NCBI GenBank assembly: GCA_903813345.2
Contig: CAIIXF020000001.1
Coordinates: 8,866,001 to 8,930,000 of the forward strand
From: Owenia fusiformis
Lineage: Eukaryota
Direction: 5' to 3'
Length of the DNA: 64,000 bases
Shown: piece after piece, positions 24,101 through 37,597 of the stretch
Position numbering within the stretch: position 1 is the stretch's first letter
Layout: every line of letters starts with the position of its first letter
Program-made: the position numbers and the translations under genes
The notes under the pieces: model-generated
Told to the model about the DNA's origin: nothing
Seen by the model: the letters and a program-made list of their open reading frames with translations, nothing else
Databases searched by the model: none

Positions 24101-27100
24101 GTTCCCAAGGGCACCCAATGTCCTTCCAATTATTCCAAGCAGTAAATTCAATGTTGGCCAGGACTTAGCCAGCTTCAACACCCTCATCTGAAAATTTACA
24201 TTATCATATTACAATAATTAAGCCCTGAGTAAACAAGTGCATTATAAATGTTGATTTTTGAACATTGTCAAGGAAATGCTCAGAAGTATGCACTCATTTT
24301 TGCCAAGTATACATTAATATTCCACTTGTACATTATCATTTGAAGACTAATGTGATTTACATTCAATTGCTGTTAATTGACATCTGATGATGCTGAAAAC
24401 TCGCTGAAAACTCGTACTGAACATCAAATAATTAATTAGGAAATATATTTACCAGACGAAATGACCTGAGTATAGACAATCCTTTTACATTTGCTAATCC
24501 CAACTCCACTAATGACAGAGTAACTATAGTAAAGTCAAATTTATTCCAGGTATCCTTGAAGTAAAGTTTGGGGCCTAACGCAACCAACTTAATCACAGCC
24601 TCAGCAGTAAACACAGTGGTGAAGAACTGAAAATTCAAATTAGGAACTTATAATGCTGAAAAACTGTTTACTACCAGTGTATCAATAGTAAATGCTCTAT
24701 GCTTGTTCAATGATGCTAAAACACAATGAGCAACAGTGGAACAATACTTACATAGTTGCCAATTTGAAGTGTGTAAGCAAACTGTTCTGTCATACCATGA
24801 TGATCTGCAGCCATAAACGCTGTATTGGCAATGATACAAAGCAATACAAACAAGTCAACCCAGCAGTCAAATATGAAGATGTGGCATATCTCTGATAACT
24901 TATACCAGCATGGGCAGCAGGTCCATGCACAGAATGTATCATTTAGCTTCTTCACTATGTATTCACCTCTAGTTAGTTCATCTTCCTCTTCGTCTGGCTC
25001 CTGTGGCAAACCTGATAAATAGAAAGTAAGGATCATTACTGAAAGCAGGTAGTGACACATTATATAGAACTGATCTATCAGTATTGTGTTTTTCAAAGTT
25101 TATTGTTTAAACACTCTTAATGAAGCTTACAGCATTTTCAATGTGATCAATGCATGAGTTAGGTTAGTAATCAAGTCAGTAGCTCACATAAATAAATAAA
25201 AGGGAATAAAAGAGAGGCATGCATTACAAAGAAATGGCCATTGCTTACTTGTATGTTTGGCTTTAAAGAGAAAGTCTAGGTTTTCAGTTTTTGTACGACC
25301 TTGCTGAGCATCAACCAACAGTGCAACAGTGCAGCTTCCTGTGAGAGTGCAGGTGCATACATGCATTACATGTGTTACCTAGCAACCTTTCCCAAAACAA
25401 CCATGGTGATCACCATTAGCACCACTCTTCTTACATACTATAATGCTATATATCTTTTACATTGTGAAACAGAAAGCTGGCTTGTTGGATTTATTGGTTG
25501 ATATGTTGTTTCCTCCAATATAATACCATTTTAAACCTATTGTGCTTCGCATGATCACCATGACCTCTTTTGTTAAGGGTATGTGTTAGTAATTTGATTT
25601 ATTCTGCTTTTGTTATTATTTCTACATACAATTAAGTAAGTTTGTTAGTCATTCCTATGTAGCAAGAATAGATCTGGTATTAGTAAGGGCAATTATGAAG
25701 TAAAGGCAGAAGAGAAAGCAATACGAGAGAAGCAGGCTGTGTCATGCAGGAAATTCATGTTACTTACTTCGCATGGATGCAGCGGTTAATGATTCCATCT
25801 CCATTGCATCAGGTTGAGCAAGCATAGCATCAAATGTATTGCTGTTCGATATATTTGAACTGGGCAACTTAAATTTCTTCTTCCAAGATTGGCGTTTCTT
25901 GACTGAGTTTGAGCGTGGTGGGTACATTTCCTGTACTTCTGGTGTGACTGCATTGGAGTCATCAGCAAATGGAAATGATAAAGTTGAAAGTCTCATATTC
26001 TCTTGTAGATTCTTAGGCCTCAAGTTTGGTGAAGCAGGAAGACTGTTGACCTGGAATAAAATTTCAAAATCTAACGACAATGCAGAAGGATTTTAATTGT
26101 TCACAAAAACAATGCTAACCCTGATACAAAAAAAGAATAATTGTATTATTTACCAGCTATAGACTATAGCTATAGCTTATTTACCAGCTATAGGTATGGT
26201 CCAAATACATGTAGTGTCACAACAGAACAACAATAGCATTATAAAACATAATTGTAATAATGATAGTAAAAGTCATGATTATTGATGTTAATAATATAAA
26301 TGGTATATGATATAAATATTCAACTATACATATAATTGAAGAACTGTATGTTTACAATTATCCTACTAGCTAGACAAATACTATATTTTGCTGGCTAAAA
26401 TCTTTACAATACATCCTCTGGTGTGAAAATTGTACAGGTGTATCTTTAATGTCTGGCTCTCATGCTGATTAGCTGTCCTCATAGGTACCTTATTTGGTGT
26501 TAAGTGCTTTCTTTGTTTAAGTCCCATTCCTGGACTTGATTTAGTACTTGGTGGCTGAGTGACGCTTAGTCTATCATCATCAGCTTCACATGCCTCACCA
26601 GTATCTGGATCCTTGGCTTTCTCTAACTCTTCTTCAGCTTCAAGTTTCGCATCAGCAAGGTCTTGCTTACGAGCTGCCTCTTCCTAAAATACATTTGTGT
26701 TGTCATTGCCTGCTATGTTAGTATAAAGTTATTACAACATATTGGGGTACAACACAGTTATAAAATTAGTGACTTCGTATTTGAAACAGTATTTCATTCA
26801 TACACTGTTTCTAGTAAATTGTCCATAATCATTGTTGTTATTAAGCCTTTATCAGATACCCCAAAATATGATTTGTAAATACAACATCAATAAAATTACA
26901 AATACAACATTTTTGATACTATGTCCTAAAGTATAGATGAGATATGTAAAAATCTCTAAAGGGTATGTAACTAGAAAAGATTTATTAAATTAATAATTAC
27001 ATTCGATACTAATCTACTACTGAACATATTACACTTAAACAACTATCGAAATGTGTCATTAATTGACCCAAAAAGCAGTGCAATAGGAAAGACTTATGGC

Positions 27101-30100
27101 TGTAAATCTGTGCAATTGGTTAATTGCAAAACTAGGAAATATAAAAATTGAAAAAGGTCAGAACTATATTGTCTATTATTCATGAACCTTTTTGCGTTGG
27201 CAACATGCATAGCAAAGTGGCTAATGAAATCATTTTTAATTTTCATTATCAAATTGATAGTATAAATAGTTGACCTGCAATCTCTTTTTAGATTTTAGTA
27301 TCTGTAGGTACCATAATGTATTAGTTTAGTAGTAAAGTAATCTAAAAGGGTCCTCTAAAGTGTAACAACTCTTAAGTGATTCTATGGGGTATGATGCTAA
27401 CACGTCTACCACACATGTGCAATAAAAGGTAGATTAATCTGTAGTTATATTTGTAGTATATGATTTAGGGCATAAGTTCTGGTGATTGTTGGTTTTGGTA
27501 TTAGCTTGCCTGTAGAATGTGACAAGGTATCATGCATGAATATGTCTACTGAATGTTTCACTCTACAAATTTCACCTCTCTTTCACGTTTTTTTCTGTCA
27601 TGACGCAACTGAATGTCAAAGAGCTAAAGAAGAAATGTTAAAATAAAAATAATATTGAACAAAAATGGATGATTTACTTCACCAACATTTTATAGTTAAT
27701 GAGTATGGTGGCAAATTGTGCAATTTCAGCTGAAAAAATATAATCTAAATTTTGTATGTTATGGATGCTGTAAAACCAAATACAAAAAATGAAAAAAAAA
27801 AAATGGCTCAATAATCAATGTTGCATCCTCGGTCACGTTGAACAATCACCCTTGAACAAGATTTCGAGTTAAGGAATAGAAGAGCCCTCCACCTGTTTCT
27901 GATCTACATAAGATCTTTAAGGTAAGTAGGAGTATAAAGCAGCTGTAAGCTAATATAGCAGATGTCACTATGGTATAACCTATCAGCTAGGTGCAGCTGT
28001 TTATATTCAGCTCTCTGGCCAGTATGTGGCCCCACCTATATGCCCCTTACCCTCTCTTTCTTTTCCACTTGGTCCTACATTGAACGCATCTGTTATCACC
28101 TTTATATACAGCTTAACTAATTTTATGTCTAATCCTGGACTAATAATTTATTTTAAAACAATCGAATTACATTAGATTTGAAAGATTTGCTTTTGAAAAG
28201 GTTGACTGTTAACTTTTACAATGTATATTTTGCAATATCTTTATATTTTAGGTTTTGTTTTTATTACTTGTTAGATGTCTTGTACACAGTGATGGCCCAT
28301 ACCTTTCTTTCTGCCTCTGCCTCCTCAATGTCAGCCTGTGTCTGTTTTTGCTGCTCATCATACGCCATGGCAACTATAGCCAGAATCAAGTTCAACAGGT
28401 AGTAGGAGCCAAGGAATAGCACCATGATGAAGAATAACATGTGCCAGGGACCCATTGATCTTATCACCTTAGATAATGATTGTATGATTTATTGAGAATA
28501 TTAAAGATGTAGTTAATTCAATCATGCTAGTCAAATCTACTGTTGAGGAAAATTATAAAAGCATATTTATTTAATAGTTTACCATCAGAGTGAATTGATT
28601 ATTGTACCATTTGATATACCTCTTTGTATAAATGTCCATTCTAGATGAGTGAAAAGAAGTTTGAAATAGTTACCAATTGATAAAGATTCTCCCAGAAGTC
28701 CTGTGTCATGAGGCGGAAAGAGGATAGGATTGCCCAGCCAAAGTTATCAAAACTTGTGAAACCATAATTAGGATTTTCACCAATATTGGAGACGCATGTG
28801 TAGTTTTCTGGGCAGAGACTGAAAAAAGGTATAGTGCATAGATGTACATATGCATTATATTGTGAATCCATTGTTTGCCATTGTTGATATTTTGGATTGG
28901 TTTCACTATCACAGCAGCAGGCCTGTCAACTTGGGAACACCTAACATGAGTGACTTGGAAATGTTGAACACCTCCCCTCAAAATGTGGACACCTTGGTCC
29001 AAATCTGAACACCTTGATCCAAATTTTGAACACCTTGGTTTCAATTTTATTACATCTTGCCAAATTTTGAACACCTCGCTACGCTCGCGTTTCAAACATC
29101 CATCAACGGGGGGGGGGGGGGGGGGGGGTTGGTACAATACGTTCGTATTTTTGCTGTGTAGACGATCTTTTTTAGAAAATTTTCTACAGAAATCTTTTTG
29201 CTTGACAATTACCAGGTAAAATGCGTATTTGCGTGACATTTTCTGTCACGCAAAAATAACTGGCGTGACTTCAAATTCTTCAGCAAATGCGTGACAAATA
29301 CGCAAATTGCGGGACAGTTGACAGGCCTGCAGCAGGCTAATTTTACAGTATATATAGGGAAACAACTCGCTAACTGGTCTGTTTATAATTCAATGACCCA
29401 GTCCTTGAATGATGCACCCTGTAGCCCTAACTTTTTTGTGTTTCTTTTCTTTGTGTTTCTTTTATAATTTTTCTTCGATGTTTATATTGCTAATAACTAA
29501 AGGCTCTAAATATCTGAGATAAGCGTCCTTGACTTACATGTTAGATTTGATATATCATAAAATTGTGTATGGTGACTGGTAGCTCAAATATGAAATTGTT
29601 CATGCTGCCACTTACTTTGATCCTGTGCTGTTGCCACAAAGGTAATATTTACCATTTGCAGTACCTGGAAGCCAGTTTGCTAAAAGGAAAAATACTTAAA
29701 ATTACAATTATGGTAAATTCCACCCTTCTATTTGTCTTCCTGGCCAGCAATATTTATGCAGTCTTGTTAATATGTTAAAAGAGGTGGTCGCATTTTCTTA
29801 ATGATATTCAATATTCTGTTATTTAGTAAGTGATAATAACCATGCATTCATTGATGGTTTTTGCAACTTTAATAAGGATCATGTTGCCTTCATGACTTTG
29901 ACTTCATCATACACTTTTTTAAAGATAAGATCTTTTATTTTAAAGTACTACGATTCATTCATGAAATGCAGCTATAATCTTGTTTTCAATGTTATTTATA
30001 TAATTCATTAAGTGCAGAAAAGGGACTGAATGTCATTGCTTAGATATAACTTATTTGTAAACTGCAACTTAAGTTTTTTATACATATTAGTAGTTTGTGA

Positions 30101-33100
30101 AGCAAATACACTTACAGTCATTGCTTAGATATGATTTGTTAAGTTCAGCTATTTCTACAGTGTAGTTCAAGCCGAAGCTCCAATCTGGATGTTTTACACA
30201 TTTACGAGTAAGACATCCCATGTAGACCTACAAAATAAATAAAAAATACCTGTATGAAATCATTATGTGCATACATAGCCAATCTAGTGACGAATTTTGT
30301 TACTCTAATATATTCAAATGACTTTATTTGATGGTCTTTGTTTTGTTATTTCCTAGGTTATTGTCTTCTCTAAACATAAATTATCCAATGTATTTTTGAT
30401 TTATTTTGAAATTATCATACTTAGATTTTATTTTTAACCATAGTGGATGCAGAAATGACAGGACAATCATGTGCAGATAACTAACCTGTAGACCAACTAA
30501 AGCAAAGATATAGAGGAAAAAGCAGGTGAGGATCATGACATCACGGAGACGTTGGACAGAGATGATTACAGCTTGGACAATAGTCTTCAGACCTGCAAAG
30601 TAAAGTAATTTTTATTATAACTATTAGTTACCTACAATATATAATATATAAGCACAAATGCCAAAAGGGAAGGGTGACTAAAAACTTTAAAGAAACCCAA
30701 CAAGAAAAGCAAACTGTAAGTGTAAATCTGTCCTAAGAAAAGTAGACCCTATATATCCCAAAACCATGATCTATATGAAAAGAAACAATGTCTTAAACAT
30801 CCCCCTCCCCCCTCCAATCGAGAACCAATATCACAATCCAGGACCAGAACACCAAGGGACATTTCATTCATAATGAAGTCATTACAATACATGTTGAAGA
30901 AAAATTGAAAAAATGATTGCCAATACTCATAACATCAAAAATAGTTGTAGATACTAGTACTCATAAAAGATAGAGTATTCAGTCTCAAATGATGTGGGAT
31001 AGATAAAATTCTGTCTCGAAGTCCATGGTCAGTTCAAAGGGTCAACATCCATTCACAAAGCCGTCATCATTATCCATAAAACACAACAATTCACAATGGT
31101 CATCAGGAGAAAACTATGGCTGGTTTCGATCCCTATTTCTCAACCATTAATGCCATAGCCATCTGTAAGATGCTTATTCAATATGTGATTGCAAATGGGC
31201 TGGCATTAGTCCCAGGATTGGAACTGGATCTTCTAACAATAGCTAGTTTCTTTGTATTAAGGTTATAAAGTTGATTCAGTAGTGCTTTCATGAGCACATG
31301 TTTTCAGTGTTTTCAGAATTTTCATCAAATGAATTCAACATGACATTTAACCTCAAATGACCTACCAGAGTGGCTTGACAATGCATTGAAAACAAAATCC
31401 CAGTAATTCCAGAAAAGTCTAATTGGCATACCGGTATTTGTTTAAAATGTCATTTTGCAGTATTTCACACAAAAAAACTTAACCCTACCAAATGAGTAAC
31501 AAGGAACTGGGTGTCACAGGTCAAATTGAGGTATAATGAGTTACCTGGTACTACTGCTACAGTCTTGAGGGCTCTCAAAACACGGAAGGTTCTCAGAGCA
31601 GATACATTTCCAAGGTCAACAAATTCTGTTAGATACCTGAAAGTGTTGAAAGAGACCTTTATTATGCGCTACCAATATTTTTGTGGATATAACCATTGGA
31701 CTTGGTGCATACCATTACAGCATCCACCTGTTTTGTAAGATCAAAGCACCATATGTTTTAAGCTAGACAATACTATTAATACCTAATATACAGGATGATG
31801 TATCTGGTTGATGCATAAGTTAGTAGTTAAAAGTACATGGTAGTGTGATGTAAACTGTACATGCTTTGCTAGGTTATAATAAAATAGAAATAAACCTGCA
31901 TTTTATTACAGTATGTTATACAAATATTGCATGTTTGTTTCCACCAACAGTACAAATCTTGATTTATGATTTTGATGGGTAACACCTATATACTTGTACA
32001 TTTGTAAGTACATTTGTTACCCCAACCATATTATATATTCAATTCTGATGTAGCATGTAGGATATATAATATAAAATGATGATAAATAACCCCACATTGC
32101 ATTTTTATAGATAAAAGTTTTATTAATATTTGGATCACCAGATTTTTGTCTTTCCAAAAATGGGCACATTGATATGTTTATATACTTTAGGAGTATATAT
32201 GGTATGTTTTTTGTAACATGTTTTAATTAACCACCAGCTTGGTTCTCTGAAAAGGTTCTGCAATACAATATACGGTAATCAAAATCATATTCCCTTTCTA
32301 GATTTAAGAATTGTCCAGTAAATGCCCATTCCCATACTTACGCAAGGGAAACAACACAGAAATCCAACCAATTCCAGGCATCCCTGAGATATGTGAATGG
32401 CCGGAGGATGAATCCCCTTGATAACATCTTCACTAATGCTTCACAGGTATAGATGGCAGTAAATACATACCTAGAAAGTGTAAAAAAAGTTCAATGAATT
32501 TGAAAGTAAATTAAGGAAAACTTCAATGATGTAGGATTGTAACTTGCTTTTATCTAAAAAATTGCGATTATAAAATTGTGGATATCATATTATAACATGC
32601 CAATGTTGTTGCTAATCATGCTAATAGTAGGCTTTAATTACACAGATTCATTTGGCAGGAGGCAGTCATTGTGAGTACAATGCAATCGGTAAATTCAATG
32701 CGTAAACCACATTTGAGTTATCTAGAGAGTTTTGAATCACTGAGGACAGTATTTTCCTCTATCTGATGTAATGTTGAATTTTGTTAAAATTCCCAATAGT
32801 ATTTTTGTTATAACCCAATTGGATTGGTTGATCAATGAACTCATGAATGCACATTATATTGGTACACGGTATTGGTAGTGCTATGTTTTACTTATTTTGA
32901 TGACTTTGGCAGTTATATTGTCTTTGAGTGTTATGAATGTATATTTCTAGTTACCAAACACAGAGTATTACCAACTAATGCTTTTGGTTGGTACATTGAG
33001 TGTTATCATTAATGTATCTTTGCAGGTCCCCTCCTGTGTATTACTCACTGTGTTATTAATGTATATTTATGGGTACCCTCCTTAATGTATATCTATGGGT

Positions 33101-33798
33101 CCCCTCATGTGTATTACTCACTCTGATGGCTTCGGTGGGTACAGGTACATTGAGTGTTGTTAATGTATATATATATGGGTACCCTTATGCATATAACTTA
33201 CTTTGATGCCTTTGGTGGATCATTGTGAGATACCCAATGCTACTTACTCAGATTCCTTTGGTGGGTTACTGAGAGCCATGAATATGCAGTTCGCCAAAAT
33301 TGTCACCATCACAGCCATACTGAACAATGTGCCTTAGTTAAGAAAAATTTAAAGTATACCCCAAAAATATGAATGCTACTTTGTAGACTGTTACGGTATA
33401 ATATATTTTCAGATTGAGCTATATTAAGTTTACAATATGTTTTTGTTTAAAATTATCACTAGTGAATTAGCAAAAGCATCTTGAGTTCTTATTTTCGATT
33501 AGACATGAAACAAGATCAAATGAGAAATTAAAGATGTATAAATCAAACAGTGAGTTATTACCAAATCTAAAATAATGGCAAACTCAAAAAAGAAATAGTC
33601 CCCTTGGGGGTATAACTTTGTCTGAAAAACATGATGCATTATACAGAAAAGACTGCATATTTATCATTTTAAAGGATATGGATGAGTGAGTATTCGCATG
33701 GCACCTCGCCTCACTGGATTCAGAGGACCCATTAACCAAAATGCCTTATGAGCACTAAATCTGTAGATCAGTGAGTCTTTCCCAACCACCACATATGT
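9162..33798 (-). CDS. Nav1: Voltage-gated sodium channel alpha subunit (Nav1/para-like, DEKA filter); 24 exons per transcript in the window, about 1788 aa, first coding exon not found
   Basis: Exons in transcript order: 33798-33680, 33328-33248, 32470-32342, 31636-31545, 30592-30486, 30227-30116, 29679-29616, 28818-28674, 28467-28303, 26683-26489, 26050-25768, 25011-24752, 24626-24453, 24187-23837, 23535-22693, 22411-22238, 21252-21130, one 109-nt alternative exon, 16054-15885, 14453-14400, 14139-13993, 11104-11000, 10710-10440, 10255-9162. Phases are consistent and the total is 5367 nt. Four S4 segments; filters TQDFWE / CGEWIE / TFKGWIE / [10 protein letters not shown] gate (MEIFMTEEQ); IQ motif (IQKFWR). 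Confidence 0.97.
12451..13303. mobile_element. Tc1/mariner-type non-autonomous element, TA TSD
   Basis: ta|ctgtattctctgtaattagcaccc ... gggcgctaatttcagagaaaacgg|ta (imperfect TIRs). Confidence 0.55.
13525..13775. repeat. Degenerate ~20-bp minisatellite (ccctgtctaccctgacca-like)
   Basis: Repeated ctaccctgacca / ccctgtctac units seen directly. Confidence 0.8.
16950..17058 (-). CDS. Nav1: Nav1 DIII S4-S5 linker/S5 alternative exon D (109 nt)
   Basis: gcttgcag|[37 protein letters not shown]|gtataa; phase 0 to 1; open frame. Confidence 0.88.
17814..17922 (-). CDS. Nav1: Nav1 DIII S4-S5 linker/S5 alternative exon C (109 nt)
   Basis: aattttag|[37 protein letters not shown]|gtatta; phase 0 to 1; open frame. 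Confidence 0.85.
18731..19350 (+). mobile_element. Helentron-associated (HINE/DINE-1-like) element between Nav exons B and C
   Basis: Subterminal inverted repeat atcccatcgaac...gttcgatgggat, (CCGT)n microsatellite near the 5' end, three internal ~135-175 bp tandem repeats. Confidence 0.7.
20348..20456 (-). CDS. Nav1: Nav1 DIII S4-S5 linker/S5 alternative exon B (109 nt, closest to the canonical sequence)
   Basis: ttctgtag|[37 protein letters not shown]|gtgggt; phase 0 to 1; open frame. Confidence 0.92.
20762..20870 (-). CDS. Nav1: Nav1 DIII S4-S5 linker/S5 alternative exon A (109 nt)
   Basis: gttacag|[37 protein letters not shown]|gtagga; phase 0 to 1; open frame. Confidence 0.88.
25249..25338 (-). 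CDS. Possible cassette exon in the Nav1 DI-DII loop
   Basis: ctctcacag|...[29 protein letters not shown]|gtaagc; 90 nt, phase 1-1 matching the host intron, no stop codon. No recognisable homology. Confidence 0.4.
28918..29329. mobile_element. hAT-like MITE with 14-bp TIR and 6-bp direct repeat
   Basis: cagcag|CAGGCCTGTCAACT ... AGTTGACAGGCCTG|cagcag. Confidence 0.7.
33329..33679 (-). other. U12-type (minor spliceosome) AT-AC intron of Nav1
   Basis: 5' site ATATCCTTT directly after ...ILTH-CC; branch point TTCTTAAC just upstream of a terminal AC; the join restores [16 protein letters not shown]. Confidence 0.93.
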
Positions 33799-34597
33799 CT
33801 ATAATAAACATGGAAAACATGGTATTGAACTTAAAAATACAATCTACTTTACATCATTATACATCAAGATAAGCTTACATATTGTGTGACTTAATTGATT
33901 GATTGTGTATCTGAAAATTGATAGATATTATGTTGATATGATGCAGTGCTGTGTATATTATACATGTATATGAAATCATGGAGTAATGTTTGCTAGATAT
34001 TATCATGCATTAGTTCCCAGCTATTATTACAGGTAGCCATAATTATCCCCTAGGGATGTTGTCATTGTTCAACATTGTTCCACAAAGGTAGTTGAGCTCT
34101 CTCACAGATAAAGAATTAATGACTTGATGGTGTGATCATTCTTAATCAAATTATTTTGTTATTACACAGTCATTATTATTAATTGTGATGATCTATTGGG
34201 GAGGCAATGGTCTAATATAATAGGTAAGGTCATATTTCTGGTTATTTTCCTTATATAGACTTAATAGACAATATTAGTGTTTAAACATGAAGAGTCATAT
34301 GCTTTCAGTAGACTCACGAAATGCATTCACCACGCAGTCAAACTTCAAAATAATTTTGTTTCCATAAATGACTTCTTACTGGCAAAGAATCTTAATTTAA
34401 TTATACAGTTCTTACTCAGGCTAAATAAGGAATATGATTTTTGTTATTTGATTAATCAATGATATATATTATACGTTTGTATATCACCCATTATATCTGA
34501 ACACCTTGGGTTGAATACATGACTTTTTGGTTTTACATCAAAACAGTTTCAGTAATATAAGATGCTGTTCATACATATGATTTATAAGGGCTTATGC

Positions 34598-35097
34598 NNN
34601 NNNNNNNNNNNNNNNNNNNNNNNNNNNNNNNNNNNNNNNNNNNNNNNNNNNNNNNNNNNNNNNNNNNNNNNNNNNNNNNNNNNNNNNNNNNNNNNNNNNN
34701 NNNNNNNNNNNNNNNNNNNNNNNNNNNNNNNNNNNNNNNNNNNNNNNNNNNNNNNNNNNNNNNNNNNNNNNNNNNNNNNNNNNNNNNNNNNNNNNNNNNN
34801 NNNNNNNNNNNNNNNNNNNNNNNNNNNNNNNNNNNNNNNNNNNNNNNNNNNNNNNNNNNNNNNNNNNNNNNNNNNNNNNNNNNNNNNNNNNNNNNNNNNN
34901 NNNNNNNNNNNNNNNNNNNNNNNNNNNNNNNNNNNNNNNNNNNNNNNNNNNNNNNNNNNNNNNNNNNNNNNNNNNNNNNNNNNNNNNNNNNNNNNNNNNN
35001 NNNNNNNNNNNNNNNNNNNNNNNNNNNNNNNNNNNNNNNNNNNNNNNNNNNNNNNNNNNNNNNNNNNNNNNNNNNNNNNNNNNNNNNNNNNNNNNNN
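34598..35097. other. Assembly gap (500 N); further 500-N gaps at 37098-37597 and 62598-63097
   Basis: Runs of N seen directly. Confidence 1.
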
Positions 35098-37597
35098 TGT
35101 TACATAATATTGTTTTCTATTTGACCTTAAGATGTATTTTGTAATTTATCTATGTACATGCGATCTCATAATTTATGAAAAATGAATACAAACAAATTGA
35201 GCCAGCAACTGCATTGTTACATATTGTTTTTTCTAGGGTAAAGATGTATTTTCAAATGACTGCGACGTGATGTATAAAGTGAATAGAATATAAAACGAAA
35301 AGCTGTCATTTATCCTAAGAAACTTAAGTAGTAATATAAATTCGAACATGGCTGTATTCACACCTTCTATAAACGGTGAACAAAGTCAATATTTCTCCCG
35401 GAGTATATTCGCGAACAATACCCCCGGTGATACGAGTAATGTGTGATGTCATAACGGCGGCCCGTAGTAAAGGTGGACCATAAATGATTATTCGAAACAT
35501 TTTGGTGAGTTTTCATGTTCGAATCGTAATATAGACCTCAGTCTCTTTATTAAACCCATATTCGAATCTTTGCCAGGAACTATGTCAAAGATGATCTATT
35601 CAAAAATAATACACTGCAAATTTATATTTTCATGAATCTTTAATTAATAACGATGATGATTAATATCAATATTTATATAAAACTCATTACTATTATTTGA
35701 GTTTACGGTAGTTTTTAAGAATCGTTTTTGGAAAAACGAAAAATATAAGAAAATAAAAACCTAAGAAAAATAATTCCATCGCGGGAAAAATACAAGAAAC
35801 CTTTTGAAAAGGTAACTGAACACTTTTGAAAATGAACATTTAAAAACAATTCTAAATAAACTATTTGAAAAAGAAGGAGTAAGAGAATCACCAGGTGAAT
35901 ATTGCTGTATTCCAATACGGGGACGACCGGGTGAATAAGATTTCAATACACCGACTACCAGGTAAAAACGATTTTAGGGAGGGATTTTAAGTAATAGTAG
36001 CACTGTGTAATATTAGTTTATTTGCTTGGAGGGATTCAGTATCATGGGTGACAATATGATATTTCTCCTAAAAATCAGGGCCTTTGGAATAAACCTACAT
36101 TTAATCCCGATAGGTAAATAACCTTTTTATCCCATGCTATGCATGACTCTCTCCGTGAAATCATTAATTAAAAATTTATTTCTGATATTTGTATAAAACA
36201 AAACCAGACTATTATTTGGTCTGCAAAATGTAACATAACTTTATTACATTTTGAAATATAAAAATGTTGTTGTAAACATTAACACGTCAACAACAAACAT
36301 AACAATACGTCGCATGCATGTCCATCATGATTGTACATTCTACATTGCTCAGATTGCTATGACGTTGACTGTCCGTGTCAGGGCACGATGATGTATTAAA
36401 GTTTGCCTAAGTTCAATAGGCTTACAATCTATACTTTTTACGTTTCACAATCTCTTTTTTTTAATTGCGTTTTGAAAATATCGTTTCTCGCATAAGAACA
36501 TCATTTTAGCAAGCTATTTAGAGCCAACTGAACGTAAGCTTTGTTTCGCAAAAATAATAAGGAGATGAAAACCATTTCGTGAGCGGGATTGGGAGGTGAA
36601 TACGAATTTCGTGAGCGGGACATGACGGAACAATACGATTTTTTCAATATCAAAATTATTCCCGAGTGTTATTCACCGGGATGTAGAAGTATCATGAATT
36701 AAAAATATAATTTTGATAAGACAGTAATATTTGGAAATCTAATAAAAATAGAAAGGTGCAACTTTTTAAGACTCATCACTTTTTATATTTTGAGTAGATG
36801 GGGAAATATTTTTATAACAATTTAAACTTCAATGATTCCAGTCAATATCACGAAATTTGCGCCGCTATATTTGAAAGTAATTAAAATTAACTCATTTTTC
36901 CATTAGCTGCATTATACAAATTGAATTTTTAAATATAATATTTAAAATTCTACGAGGAAAATTGTATATTTGATAGCTAGTCAAAACAGAAAACCACAAA
37001 TAAAGGAAGAAATATATTGCCATACGAAGTTAGCTTAGTATTTTCTTTCATAAATAAGTAAATAATGTTCAAACATAATAAGATTTTAAATATTCACNNN
37101 NNNNNNNNNNNNNNNNNNNNNNNNNNNNNNNNNNNNNNNNNNNNNNNNNNNNNNNNNNNNNNNNNNNNNNNNNNNNNNNNNNNNNNNNNNNNNNNNNNNN
37201 NNNNNNNNNNNNNNNNNNNNNNNNNNNNNNNNNNNNNNNNNNNNNNNNNNNNNNNNNNNNNNNNNNNNNNNNNNNNNNNNNNNNNNNNNNNNNNNNNNNN
37301 NNNNNNNNNNNNNNNNNNNNNNNNNNNNNNNNNNNNNNNNNNNNNNNNNNNNNNNNNNNNNNNNNNNNNNNNNNNNNNNNNNNNNNNNNNNNNNNNNNNN
37401 NNNNNNNNNNNNNNNNNNNNNNNNNNNNNNNNNNNNNNNNNNNNNNNNNNNNNNNNNNNNNNNNNNNNNNNNNNNNNNNNNNNNNNNNNNNNNNNNNNNN
37501 NNNNNNNNNNNNNNNNNNNNNNNNNNNNNNNNNNNNNNNNNNNNNNNNNNNNNNNNNNNNNNNNNNNNNNNNNNNNNNNNNNNNNNNNNNNNNNNNN

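Noticed and set aside
23837-24187. kdr/super-kdr-type pyrethroid-resistance substitutions in DII
   Set aside because: Ile at the M918-equivalent site is the normal non-insect state, and the L925, T929 and L1014 equivalents are unchanged.
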